DNA from: Formosa sp. Hel1_33_131
Lineage (GTDB): Bacteria; Bacteroidota; Bacteroidia; Flavobacteriales; Flavobacteriaceae
Length of the DNA stretch: 32,000 nt
Direction of reading: 5' to 3'
NCBI RefSeq assembly: GCF_001735745.1
Contig: NZ_CP017260.1
Location: forward strand, 570,001 to 602,000
The position numbers and the translations under genes were made by a program. Positions 15,801 through 20,316 of the stretch are shown piece by piece. The notes under the pieces were generated by a model. It had not been told where the DNA came from, searched no databases, and saw nothing but the letters and a program-made list of their open reading frames with translations. Positions within the stretch are counted from its first letter, which is position 1, and each line of letters begins with the position of its first letter.

Positions 15801-18542
15801 TTTTGGATTGACACTCACTGTGAGCGTAAAATCAGCACCAACACAAAAACCATCAGCACCAGAAGTTGGCGTGACAATATAATCAACTGTTTGAACCGTA
15901 TTCGTTATATTGGTAAGTGTTTGGCTTATAGAAGTTTGAGGAGTTGTTTCATCTAACTCCCCATCAACGTTTGGATTATCAACTACCGTCCAAGTATAGG
16001 TAGTATCTACTGGTACAATCGTTGTGGGTGGGTTATTTACAGGATCAACTGTAAAAGTTTCCTCTGAGCAAATCTCATCCGTTTGATTTGGAATCAGTGG
16101 TTCTGGATTCACGGTAAACATAAAATTGACCGTCCCCCCTTGACAATTGTTTACGACAGGAGCCACTGAATATACGAGGTCTTGTGGAACGTTCGTTGAA
16201 TTTATTAAAGTCATGACTGGAATCGTACCTCCAGAATTTAAAGTCGCATCATATCCAGAAATATTTGTATTTACATTGACAAATATTATATAGTCTGTAG
16301 CCGGATCCATATCAGACGTAAACTGAACGAGTTGGGTTGTATCCCCAGTACAGATGTCTTGTTGCGTATCGGTATTTGTGATAATGGGCGTTTGCTCATA
16401 TAGAAACGTTAAAGTATCCGAATTTGAATTCGCACAATTGCCATCAACTTCTACCGTAATCGTGTAGGTGTTATAACTTAAAAACTTAATGATTGGAAAT
16501 TCACTACTAGCATCGGTTCCCCCCCAAAATGTATAATCTGCTGCAGTCACTCCGGGTCCCGTAATGGTCCATGTGAACGTTGTAGGCTCAAAAGGTGCTT
16601 CGCTATATACTGGACTTATTGGTGTATTATTTAAAAAATCTAAGATAAAACCATCAGCAGTTTGACCCGCTAAACCCTGACATGCGGCAAAAAATGGCGT
16701 TGGAAAATTAACCGTTGGATCTCCTATGATTTCTATTAAAACGGGTTCAGAATCATCATCTCCACAGGTGTTAGACGTATTTAACACAACCGAGTAAGTA
16801 CCTGGTTGAGTGAAATTAATTGATGGATCTACGTAATTTATGGGATCACCCATTAAATTTGGATCCACAATAAAATCAAAACCTGTTAAGGTAGCAGGTG
16901 CTTCTACAGGGGTCACTGTCCAAGTATAAACAGGATTACCACATGCTTCAGAAAAATTTTCGGTGTTTGAAGTGTTTGTGAAATCTATAATTTGTGGTGC
17001 ACACAAAAGACTTGTTGGATTATAAGTGAAATTTGAAAGTGGTTGCGGCTCCACAATAACCGTTTTTACAACAATATCGGATTGGACACAACCCGCTGGA
17101 TTGTTTATTTTTAATTGTATTTCCCAACAACCAGGATTGTCTAAAGTTACTTCTCCGGGGATGTTTAGGTTTCCATCAACGTCTATCCAACCCAGATCGT
17201 CGGTAACGGTATCCCAGGCAGAAGCTCCAGGGAATAATACATCCCAATAATAACTATACTCTGTTAAACATTCAGCGCCATAGCCAAATGCACCCACAAG
17301 AGAAATATCATTAGCAGACAAAACTGTTCCTGCACAAATTACAGGTTCTGTTTCAAAATCCACACTTGGTTGTAAACTTACATTGACCCATTTAGTAGTA
17401 CCGTTACCATTTTGAGAGTATTCATTACACAAAAAATTATCAGATAGAAGTTCATCATCATAAATCCCTTTGTTTAAAAGTTTTAAATCTAATTTGTAAT
17501 AAAACCCATCCTCATCAACATTCTCATCTTTAAAGTCGCTTGAGCAGGTTGCTAACTCATATACGTGATTTAATGTATTACATATTTGAAGTCTGGAATG
17601 TGTATAATACTCCGTGGTCTCAGGTATATCTTGATCAGTATCTCCATAAAAGATAGAATATAAAGATCCAGGGTAATTGGTTGCCATTACTGAAGAAGTC
17701 ACTTCAAAACCAACTAATTCACCAACACAAACGGCTTCGGCGCTTGTATTTGCAATTCCTGTATTTCCAGTATTATAATTAAATACAAATCCTGAAGTGT
17801 GGTGGTATTCAGAACTGGCTCCTTGGATGGTTCTGTCAATCTCAATTAAATAATAGTCAACTGGAAGGTCTCCTGGAATAGAAAATTGTCCCAAACCAGA
17901 TAATGGAATTGATTGCCAAGAACCTGCAACTAAAATTCTAACGTCTTTACTAGAAGCTGAACCTCCAATTGCCCTAACTTGAATAGCGTCTGGACTCGAT
18001 GGCGTTAAGCTATTCTGACCTCTATTTTTATATCCAAAAAAGTAATTATTTGCTTCTAAGTCTATACATTTTGTGAAATCTGTAATATCTGTAGCTGAAT
18101 TATTTATAAATTGTATGGTACCAACAGTCAAATCCGAAGAGGAGTCAGAAACTATTTCAAAAGAATCTGTCTCAACATCCGTTGCTGGGTTTGTAGAGCG
18201 AATTCTTAATTTATAAGCAGAACTTTCAGGAACAGTTAACGGTAGCACTCCATTGAGCACAGGTATAAAAAACTCATCCTTGATTGAAAGTACTGTTGAT
18301 GTCGTGAAATCTCCAGATGGATCAGACAATTCTAAGATAAATTGATTGTCTAACTCGTAAATACCCTGAGGATCAAAAAACACGGCTACATGACCCCCTT
18401 GAATATATGGACCTGCAGTAAAATGTTCTAACACAATTACAGAACTCGTTGGGCAATTAACAAGCTGAGATTGTGCATTCGATTTTGTAAAAACCGCTAT
18501 AAAAATAATAAATAAAATAGATTTTATATTATTCAAGTTCAT
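3882..18542 (-). CDS. Giant cell-surface adhesin, SprB family (4,886 aa), T9SS type-B cargo
   Basis: A single uninterrupted 14,661-nt ORF. Order of parts: signal peptide MNLNNIKSILFIIFIAVFTKSNAQ; a unique ~370-aa head; roughly three dozen ~95-105-aa Ig/PKD-like modules; SprB-type repeats; one PKD domain; a gliding-motility type-B C-terminal sorting domain. Each Ig/PKD-like module has a Cys near its start, a (D/N/G)TTYTW strand, and ...YTVTP.S..GC.G..F...V.V.P. The protein is T/V/D-rich and poor in K/R. Confidence 0.9.
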   Translation of the reverse strand: MNLNNIKSILFIIFIAVFTKSNAQSQLVNCPTSSVIVLEHFTAGPYIQGGHVAVFFDPQGIYELDNQFILELSDPSGDFTTSTVLSIKDEFFIPVLNGVLPLTVPESSAYKLRIRSTNPATDVETDSFEIVSDSSSDLTVGTIQFINNSATDITDFTKCIDLEANNYFFGYKNRGQNSLTPSSPDAIQVRAIGGSASSKDVRILVAGSWQSIPLSGLGQFSIPGDLPVDYYLIEIDRTIQGASSEYHHTSGFVFNYNTGNTGIANTSAEAVCVGELVGFEVTSSVMATNYPGSLYSIFYGDTDQDIPETTEYYTHSRLQICNTLNHVYELATCSSDFKDENVDEDGFYYKLDLKLLNKGIYDDELLSDNFLCNEYSQNGNGTTKWVNVSLQPSVDFETEPVICAGTVLSANDISLVGAFGYGAECLTEYSYYWDVLFPGASAWDTVTDDLGWIDVDGNLNIPGEVTLDNPGCWEIQLKINNPAGCVQSDIVVKTVIVEPQPLSNFTYNPTSLLCAPQIIDFTNTSNTENFSEACGNPVYTWTVTPVEAPATLTGFDFIVDPNLMGDPINYVDPSINFTQPGTYSVVLNTSNTCGDDDSEPVLIEIIGDPTVNFPTPFFAACQGLAGQTADGFILDFLNNTPISPVYSEAPFEPTTFTWTITGPGVTAADYTFWGGTDASSEFPIIKFLSYNTYTITVEVDGNCANSNSDTLTFLYEQTPIITNTDTQQDICTGDTTQLVQFTSDMDPATDYIIFVNVNTNISGYDATLNSGGTIPVMTLINSTNVPQDLVYSVAPVVNNCQGGTVNFMFTVNPEPLIPNQTDEICSEETFTVDPVNNPPTTIVPVDTTYTWTVVDNPNVDGELDETTPQTSISQTLTNITNTVQTVDYIVTPTSGADGFCVGADFTLTVSVNPKPFMDPFTHAPFCSNFTFIVLPIDGQGNTNSDIVPVGTTYTWTVVDVNGLVTGDSDVTIGQTSISQNLINISDVPQTLVYTVTPTSGDVGACVGDPFIVTFTVNPAPVIPNQTDEICSDETFTVNPTNNPPTTIVPTDTTYIWTVVDNPNVEGELDETTPQTSISQTLTNTTNTVQTVDYIVTPTSGADGFCVGEDFTLTVSVNPKPFMDPFTHAPFCSNFNFVVFPIDGQGDTNSDIVPAGTTYTWTVVDANGLVTGDSDQTIGQTSISQTLINISDVPQTLVYTVTPTSGDVGACVGDPFIVTFTVNPAPVIPNQTAEICSSEIFTVTPLNNPPTTIIPADTTYTWTVVDNPNVVGDLDETDPQTDISHALINLTNIVQTVIYTVTPTSGADGFCVGEVFTVTVQVNPEPVIQPVNFGAICSGTAFTVIPTNDGGSSLSDIVPVNTTYTWTVVDANGLVTGYSDEATAQTSISQTLTNTSIVTQTVVYTVTPTSGDQGNCEGLPFTISVDVDPRPIMDPIDSQTICGGTAFTTPVLGADVAGTDYNWILLNVAMIPATITGYPTDPTQALVGTTIFNSGDDAYTLTYEFTPSFNGCVGPSKFFDITVEPAPSVDFDILDQSVCSGGTSVQVNLDSETAPVDISWTIDPTLYPAITGITTTAGTIVIPAFNLSNSGSTPVDLIFSAEAVTTSAGACLGSPVFYTITVNPAAEMDAVNNVVFCNGETTPEITFSTPLVTGNTTYEWTIDTNIGLAPLADTGAIPSFIAINTTNDPIIATVTVEPIFSNATDPTVECDGVQQVFTITINPSPQITNTENSQTICSQEPSTPVEWTSSIVNGTPTEYNWTFVSATAGISGHLTDPGTGDLPVFTLLSNSSNTIGELVYEVIPTSLGCAGDPFLYTIFINPVIAITNTETSQTLCSGDISAEVVWENTNAALAVVYNWVLDASTVPAGTTGLETVGTGNLSAMTVDITAIVTTNIDYIVTPNFDGCDGTPFTYTLTVDPLPIMIPIAPQTICGGTAFTTPILDADVIGTVYEWVLLDVGMIPTTVTGYPTDITQALVGTTILNSGTAAYTLTYEFTPSFNGCVGFSKLFDITINPSPTVTLTLDTQDVCSDAITLPFTASSLTDPSTTYQWNVVSGAAALDGTDPITGNTNAIPSFTVTNFGVTPIAIEIEVIASTTGGAVCPGTPTVHTITVFPDPLVNIISVAPTAICIGGSIPDIEVSTAGGAGTRSFEWYISDISGTLTSIHPNSTDSATFNPGVFTTAGQYHFVAVANFDGNGCNSKESLVVTVEVVEDPTLTAPLAFQELCEGTASTDLEVIATGGTGTYSYQWFSNTTNTNTGGTLIALAINPVFTPETTPAGTVFYYCVVTTDASGCETISAISEVQVNEGPTISVDPLATQTVCLDGATTDLEVDHINGVGVPTYQWYSSLTCDNTDLSNPILGATANTFTPLSTAVGSINYFAVLTFADGGCDPIPSECALVTVVPDPEVIIDSALPTSICIDGTISDIEVSTTGGTGTVSFDWYISDTLGTLTSIHPNSTDSATFNPGVFTTAGQYHFVAVANFDGSGCDQAQSLVVTVEVVEDPTLTAPLVFQELCEGTASTDLEVIATGGTGTYSYQWFSNTTNTNTGGTLIALAINPVFTPETTPAGTVFYYCVVTTDASGCETISAISEVQVNEGPTISVDPLATQTVCLDGATTDLEVDHINGVGVPTYQWYSSLTCDNTDLSNPILGATANTFTPLSTAVGSINYFVVLTFADGGCDPIPSECALVTVVPDPVVTIDSAIPTDICIGGSISDIEVSTSGGTGTVSFDWYVSDALGTLISIHPNSTDSTTFNPGVFIAAGQYHFVAVANFDGSGCDQAESLVVTVEVVEDPTLTAPLAFQELCEGTASTDLEVIATGGTGTYSYQWFSNTTNTNTGGTLIAGDINPVFTPESTPVGTVFYYCVVTTDASGCETISAISEVQVNEGPTISVDPLATQTVCLDGATTDLEVDHINGVGVPTYQWYSSLTCDNTDLSNPILGATANTFTPLSTAVGSINYFVVLTFADGGCDPIPSECALVNVGEIPVIDDVQVIICSEANFNESPTNGGGINATDIVPTTTEYTWTVFGSTFITGASNNLVPATSISQTLQNTTNTTQQVFYTVTPISTAIGDCIGDAFIITVTVDPTPTIADTTLTVCSEIPFSYSATGDGSAGSDSVPANTTYTWTVAANPDVLGQSADNTGLASLDQTLINQTNTPQLVVYTITPTSDLGCVGDEFTLTVTVDSVPFILDTTADICSGEAFTVTPLNDEPTEIVPDNTTYTWTVSANTNITGASDVTVGENSISQTLTNTNPLNIPENITYTVIPMSGVCVGVPFDIVVTVKPNPEVTVSIPVQTACSGDLFSQVDFNSSVLGTATTYQYELLNPTLVPAGIAGYLANVTGMGDFFPALTLTNTTADPFTLTYSVQPLSDGCDGLPLTFDITINPSPGIIFDELDQELCDLETSVAVTLTSASPNVDIQWTTFVPLGLLGVDVLAGTDEIPAYTLDNTLNVPIDLVFTATATTNDPSACPGADFTYTITVNPTTTIDAIPNQIICSRGDFADVFITSPTTPLGSLTYEWEVTSAGSNLTGFTTNAGPIVFTDPILGETIFNASNLAEDLVYTLTPFFNGCAGDTQQFTITVNPTPEIFDTVDTICSEDTFDINPTNGDPTIATIVPANSTYIWTVLANDDVTGEADEILPQTNISQTLVNETNIPQDVVYTITPVSDLGCDGPTFELTVTVEPRPIISDKQDGICSGETFTVTPVDAAPLEIVPTNTLYTWTVVPAADNAFVTGFSDVTVPTAPISQTLINGSDEVRIITYTVTPSSGTCIGLPFEVEITLSPSPTIEDVVVDPICSEDTFVVSPTTGIPNANTVVPIGTTYTWTVLDNPDVDGESDEAVPQTDISQTLTNTSSVTQTIEYTVTPLSIGCAGLTFQVSVDVKPRPFIVEGTATQDTQCSGSPFVISPQDGVPTPAMIVPIGTQYTWVVSVPNPDLTGWSDQITAVDDITQTLINTSNTIQQITYTITPEADGCVGPSFDAVITIEPRPFVPDVFVQICDATSYILSPENGVTPDATTIIPDVTLYTWALPTVTGGVTGGSDGIDEAFFETGVLENPTTDLQTLVYTITPIYYKVADLTTPVCIGDPFTVTVTLSPSPEINEVVTNIACSFSALCEATIDISPVGILPFSYNWTSLEGNPIADPTAEDLVDLCPGTYELAITDGSNCTYIFQYLVEPPTPVDFTLERRVDISCNNVDVPPCDGYIEMSITGGTLPYTLIEYYTETIPNSGIFDAGPLTNSTNPLELFNACEGNYVLKVLDGNGCLFVSNTILIEQLNTPVSLTSTLSDFNGFNIDCATANSGFVSVDLSGGSGMYNYSFENNAGAVLFDGVLITAPANILFDNLLAGDYTLTVEDPNCPNLIVQTYTLTEPTPLIVTATLVDPILCFGGLATYEVTATGGVPPYFGTGFVDVLSGPAVFVVSDSNGCSQQDATVVAEPAQVLATEIVNDALCFEDRGSLVITPTGGTGILTVSLFDAANNFMSSQITTTGVAVQFNEFEGTYFYNVLDEENCEFGPIAITIGQPDPIEIIDTVIIQPNCDTVPAWAFDNGSICITITGGTNPFPVGAGWVDNGGGQWCLSGLTEGTYPLDVTDINGCPLFVPVPDVILTRPPEITAFFTDTLAIDCATDTATQTNVIFVSGGVPPYEITWSGGVWDPATQVVMSTTVGGIYTAFVNDQHGIANGCPPIPFVLDPITFFEFGIADFTLNSLNSDFCGIFAIDDPVNFQNTSTGDIVNFTWNFGDGSAPLSGVDAPTHVYDQLGIYTIDLTVEDVYGCFDTYTETIRVTKGYEIVLPTAFTPNNDGINDTMRPVFSCMTNVQMSIYDTWGSKLYVEEGDTITGWDGTIDGNPVENGNYIMVVIANTFNGILLEMNGPVTLIK
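3885..4160 (-). other. T9SS type-B (gliding motility-associated) C-terminal sorting domain of the giant protein
   Basis: The C-terminal ~90 aa read VLPTAFTPNNDGINDTMRPVF...MSIYDTWGSKLYVEEGDTITGWDGTIDGNPVENGNYIMVV...GPVTLIK. This matches the FTPNGDGxND...I.I.NRWG..V......WDG...G......G.Y.Y pattern of type-B CTDs. Confidence 0.85.
4165..4400 (-). other. PKD domain just upstream of the CTD
   Basis: VNFQNTSTGDIVNFTWNFGDGSAPLSGVDAPTHVYDQLGIYTIDLTVEDVYGC is the classic PKD WxFGDG...H.Y...G.Y.V.L.V signature. Confidence 0.75.
4420..6230 (-). repeat. Block of SprB-type repeats (protein level)
   Basis: Recurrent C...G.I.....GG..PY motifs. Examples: ISCNNVDVPPCDGYIEMSITGGTLPYTL, IDCATANSGFVSVDLSGGSGMYNYSF, ILCFGGLATYEVTATGGVPPYFG, IDCATDTATQTNVIFVSGGVPPYEITW. 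Confidence 0.6.
9585..12203 (-). repeat. Three head-to-tail copies of an 873-bp (291-codon) unit inside the giant ORF
   Basis: Approximate copy boundaries are 12203/11331/10458/9585. Antisense ORFs at 9698, 10571 and 11444 are spaced exactly 873 nt apart. The 10571 and 11444 ORFs translate identically, and the 9698 ORF differs at only a few residues. Each unit encodes three Ig-like modules (PDP...VEDP / TLTAP...VNEGP / TISVDP...CALVTV). Confidence 0.9.
12475..12790 (-). repeat. Dispersed direct repeat, copy B (~300 bp module)
   Basis: Shares long identical runs with 13948-14263 at a constant offset of 1473 nt. One such run is CCATTAAAACTTGGTGTAAATTCGTAAGTCAGTGTGTAAGCA at 12541 and at 14014. 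Protein: QTICGGTAFTTP(I/V)L.ADV.GT.Y.W.LL.V.MIP.T.TGYPTD.TQALVGTTI.NSG..AYTLTYEFTPSFNGCVG. Confidence 0.8.
13948..14263 (-). repeat. Dispersed direct repeat, copy A (~300 bp module)
   Basis: See the 12475-12790 entry. The offset of 1473 nt equals 491 codons, so the two copies are in the same frame. Confidence 0.8.
14250..16095 (-). repeat. Three head-to-tail copies of a 615-bp (205-codon) unit inside the giant ORF
   Basis: ACCGTAAAAGTTACAATAAAAGGATCTCCGACACAAGCACCTACATCTCCTGAAGTTGGTGTCACTGTATAGACCAACGTTTGAGGGACATCTGAAATATTTATTA occurs at both 14881 and 15496 (offset 615). The protein unit is IPNQT.EICS.E.FTV.P.NNPPTTI.P.DTTY.WTVVDNPNV...PKPFMDPFTHAPFCSNF...TFTVNPAPV. Copies 1 and 2 are nearly identical; copy 3 is clearly more diverged. 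Confidence 0.85.
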
Positions 18543-18584
18543 ATCTGTAATTATTTTGTTTAACTTTTAAATTAAATTGGTAAA

Positions 18585-18592
18585 CAAATATA
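18585..18592 (-). promoter_or_regulatory. Candidate Bacteroidetes -7 box (TATATTTG) for the giant gene
   Basis: The reverse complement of CAAATATA (18585-18592) is TATATTTG, which matches TAnnTTTG. It lies 43 nt upstream of the ATG at 18542 in a 218-bp very AT-rich spacer. No TTTG -33 element sits at the expected spacing, and the motif could occur by chance in AT-rich DNA. Confidence 0.3.
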
Positions 18593-18760
18593 AGTATTTA
18601 ATACTCACTATTTATAGAATTATAAAGAACAATTTTATTCGCAAGTCTGAATCGATTTTCTGACGTACTTAAAATAAAATACTTAAAAATAACTGTAAAT
18701 ATTTTTGTTTAATAAATTGAATTAATAAATTAAACATGAATCAAAAAAACATCCCTAACA

Positions 18761-19096
18761 TCAATACAACAACTGCTTTTTAGAGTTATTTAGCCAACCG
18801 GATTGGTTCTGATAGTCCACAAAGAAAATTTTTAGATCGGCCTGATTGGAATAACTCACAAAAAAAATAGATGTATCCGCCTGATTTGAATACTCCGTGA
18901 AAAACCAAAGTCCTTTATTCCCTTTTGCTTGATTGCTGTAATCTACCTTAAAAACCTTTAAATCAGCTTGATTGGCATAGTCCACCACAAAGACTTTTAC
19001 ATCCGCTTGGTTTTGGTATTTTACCGAAAATAATTTTTGAGCAGATGCAAACTGTGCCACAACAATGAAAGAAACTATGAGAAAGAATTGCTTCAT
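18761..19096 (-). CDS. Small secreted protein made of six 13-aa (V/T)(D/E/K/S)YxNQADxK(V/I)F(V/F) repeats; function unknown
   Basis: 111 aa with signal peptide MKQFFLIVSFIVVAQFASAQ. The repeats follow: VKYQNQADVKVFV / VDYANQADLKVFK / VDYSNQAKGNKGLWFF / TEYSNQADTSIFF / VSYSNQADLKIFF / VDYQNQSGW. I recall similar Bacteroidetes proteins being annotated only as a DUF family (possibly DUF6150, not certain). It starts 12 nt after the nuclease stop. Confidence 0.6.
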   Translation of the reverse strand: MKQFFLIVSFIVVAQFASAQKLFSVKYQNQADVKVFVVDYANQADLKVFKVDYSNQAKGNKGLWFFTEYSNQADTSIFFVSYSNQADLKIFFVDYQNQSGWLNNSKKQLLY

Positions 19097-19108
19097 AAAT
19101 CTGTGTTT

Positions 19109-20170
19109 TTAATACACCAAAAACTTAAATAGTTTGGACTGATTTTTCTGTTGAATGCTCATCAAATACATTCCCTTAGAGAATTTAGACACATCGATTC
19201 TGTTTCCTTCTAGTTCAAATTCTAAGACCTGGCCCAATTGATTGTAGATTTTCGTGGTGTCTTTAGAAACTTCTAATCCTTCGACATACACATAATCTTG
19301 AACGATGGTTGGGTGAATAAATACAGTTTGAAAGTCTAAATCAGATGAAGATAGTAGTCCCCAAGAATCCACTGCATTTGGACCGTTCCAAATGAGAGTT
19401 GCTAAATAAGGATTGTCAATAAATGGGTTTCGATTGCCTTGATAGGAAAAAATAACATCGTTTCTGTTGCGTTCAAATTCAGAAACAGGGTCTTCTTCAT
19501 TCCATTCCAAAAAGATATTTGGCATGTCCGCATCATTAGAATACGAGGTGCTTCCAACGCCTATATTAGTTGGCTCACATTGGGTTGGGTAGCGCAAATA
19601 CATATACATGATAATTCGGGCAACATCCCCTTTAAATTCATCTCCAGGATAGAAATCACCATCCAAAAAAGAGTCCCCACTACCATCCTTAAAATAATTG
19701 TTATTTCGTCTGGAATTCATCTGACAATCGGCAGCCCTCAGATTATGGACATCCGTACCCGCACCAGCAGAGTTCGTTACTAAACTAGGATTTGCTAAAC
19801 TCTTAGCAAACACATGTTCTCGATTCCAATAGCCTGTACAAGAACCACTGCTTTGAGCTGAAATCGCACGGGTTCTGTCGTTAATGCTAACATTGTCTGT
19901 ATCATCGTATCCATAAAACAAAATTACATTGTTAGGTATGGTAACATCTAAATCACTTTCGTGTATGACATCCCATGTATCGGTGGAACTCGAAGTATAT
20001 GGTATCAGGGTTGTATGGGTATCAATAATTAAAGTCGAAAGATCGTCTTTTAGTGCATTTCCTTCTTGAGTAAATTCAACACTCGAATAATAGGCGGGAA
20101 TTTGAGCGCTTATCGAGATAGTCCCCAATATAAGCGACCAGAAAAGCGTAATCAAGGCTTTTGTTTTCAT
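19109..20170 (-). CDS. Extracellular endonuclease I family nuclease with type-A T9SS C-terminal sorting domain
   Basis: 353 aa with signal peptide ...ISISAQ. Endonuclease-I motifs are WNREHVFAKS, DVHNLRAADCQMNSRRNN, GDVARIIMYMYLRY and NRNPFIDNP. The C-terminal ~75 aa (IHPTIVQDYVYVEG...KIYNQLGQVL...IDVSKFSKGMYLMSI...KFLVY) fit the Por secretion tail (type-A CTD). Confidence 0.85.
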   Translation of the reverse strand: MKTKALITLFWSLILGTISISAQIPAYYSSVEFTQEGNALKDDLSTLIIDTHTTLIPYTSSSTDTWDVIHESDLDVTIPNNVILFYGYDDTDNVSINDRTRAISAQSSGSCTGYWNREHVFAKSLANPSLVTNSAGAGTDVHNLRAADCQMNSRRNNNYFKDGSGDSFLDGDFYPGDEFKGDVARIIMYMYLRYPTQCEPTNIGVGSTSYSNDADMPNIFLEWNEEDPVSEFERNRNDVIFSYQGNRNPFIDNPYLATLIWNGPNAVDSWGLLSSSDLDFQTVFIHPTIVQDYVYVEGLEVSKDTTKIYNQLGQVLEFELEGNRIDVSKFSKGMYLMSIQQKNQSKLFKFLVY

Positions 20171-20204
20171 AAAATAAAAGTTAAAATATTGGTTAATTCT
20201 AATT

Positions 20205-20212
20205 CAAAATTA
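20205..20212 (-). promoter_or_regulatory. Candidate -7 box (TAATTTTG) for the nuclease gene
   Basis: The reverse complement of CAAAATTA is TAATTTTG, 35 nt upstream of the ATG at 20170. No convincing -33 TTTG. Confidence 0.3.
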
Positions 20213-20264
20213 CAACTAATAATTGGGGTTTTGACACGTATTAAAATTGAATTGCGAAATTAAA

Positions 20265-20295
20265 TTTCAGTTACGGTTTAAAAATTATATTTTTG
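20265..20295 (+). promoter_or_regulatory. Candidate Bacteroidetes promoter for the nucleotidyltransferase gene
   Basis: TTTC (20265-20268), then 19 nt, then TATTTTTG (20288-20295, matching TAnnTTTG), 22 nt upstream of the ATG at 20317. The -7 box overlaps the TTG at 20293 used by the ORF track, which argues for the ATG start. Confidence 0.4.
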
Positions 20296-20316
20296 CAGCG
20301 AACAAACACACACACA

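Noticed and set aside
9585-16095. Whether the tandem repetition could be a CRISPR array or satellite.
   Set aside because: The periods are 873 and 615 bp, with no short direct repeat/unique spacer alternation. Everything is in frame within one coding sequence. No cas genes are present in the window.
18543-18760. Possible invertible-promoter (phase-variation) switch in the 218-bp AT-rich region upstream of the giant gene. Short AT-only palindromes such as GTTTAAT...ATTAAAC occur around 18706-18734.
   Set aside because: The inverted repeats are 7 nt, AT-only and expected by chance in ~20% GC DNA. No recombinase gene is nearby, and there are no longer flanking inverted repeats.
20293-20316. ORF-track starts at non-ATG or upstream codons: 20293 TTG, 23170 TTG, 26899 ATG, 29484 TTG, 31380 GTG.
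   Set aside because: In each case a downstream in-frame start (20317, 23209, 26926, 29508, 31467) fits better. Those starts give the family-typical N-terminus or signal peptide, avoid overlap with a promoter box or the upstream gene, or fit the TAATG/ATGA coupling pattern. The longer versions are maximal-ORF artefacts, although 26899 for trpC cannot be fully excluded.
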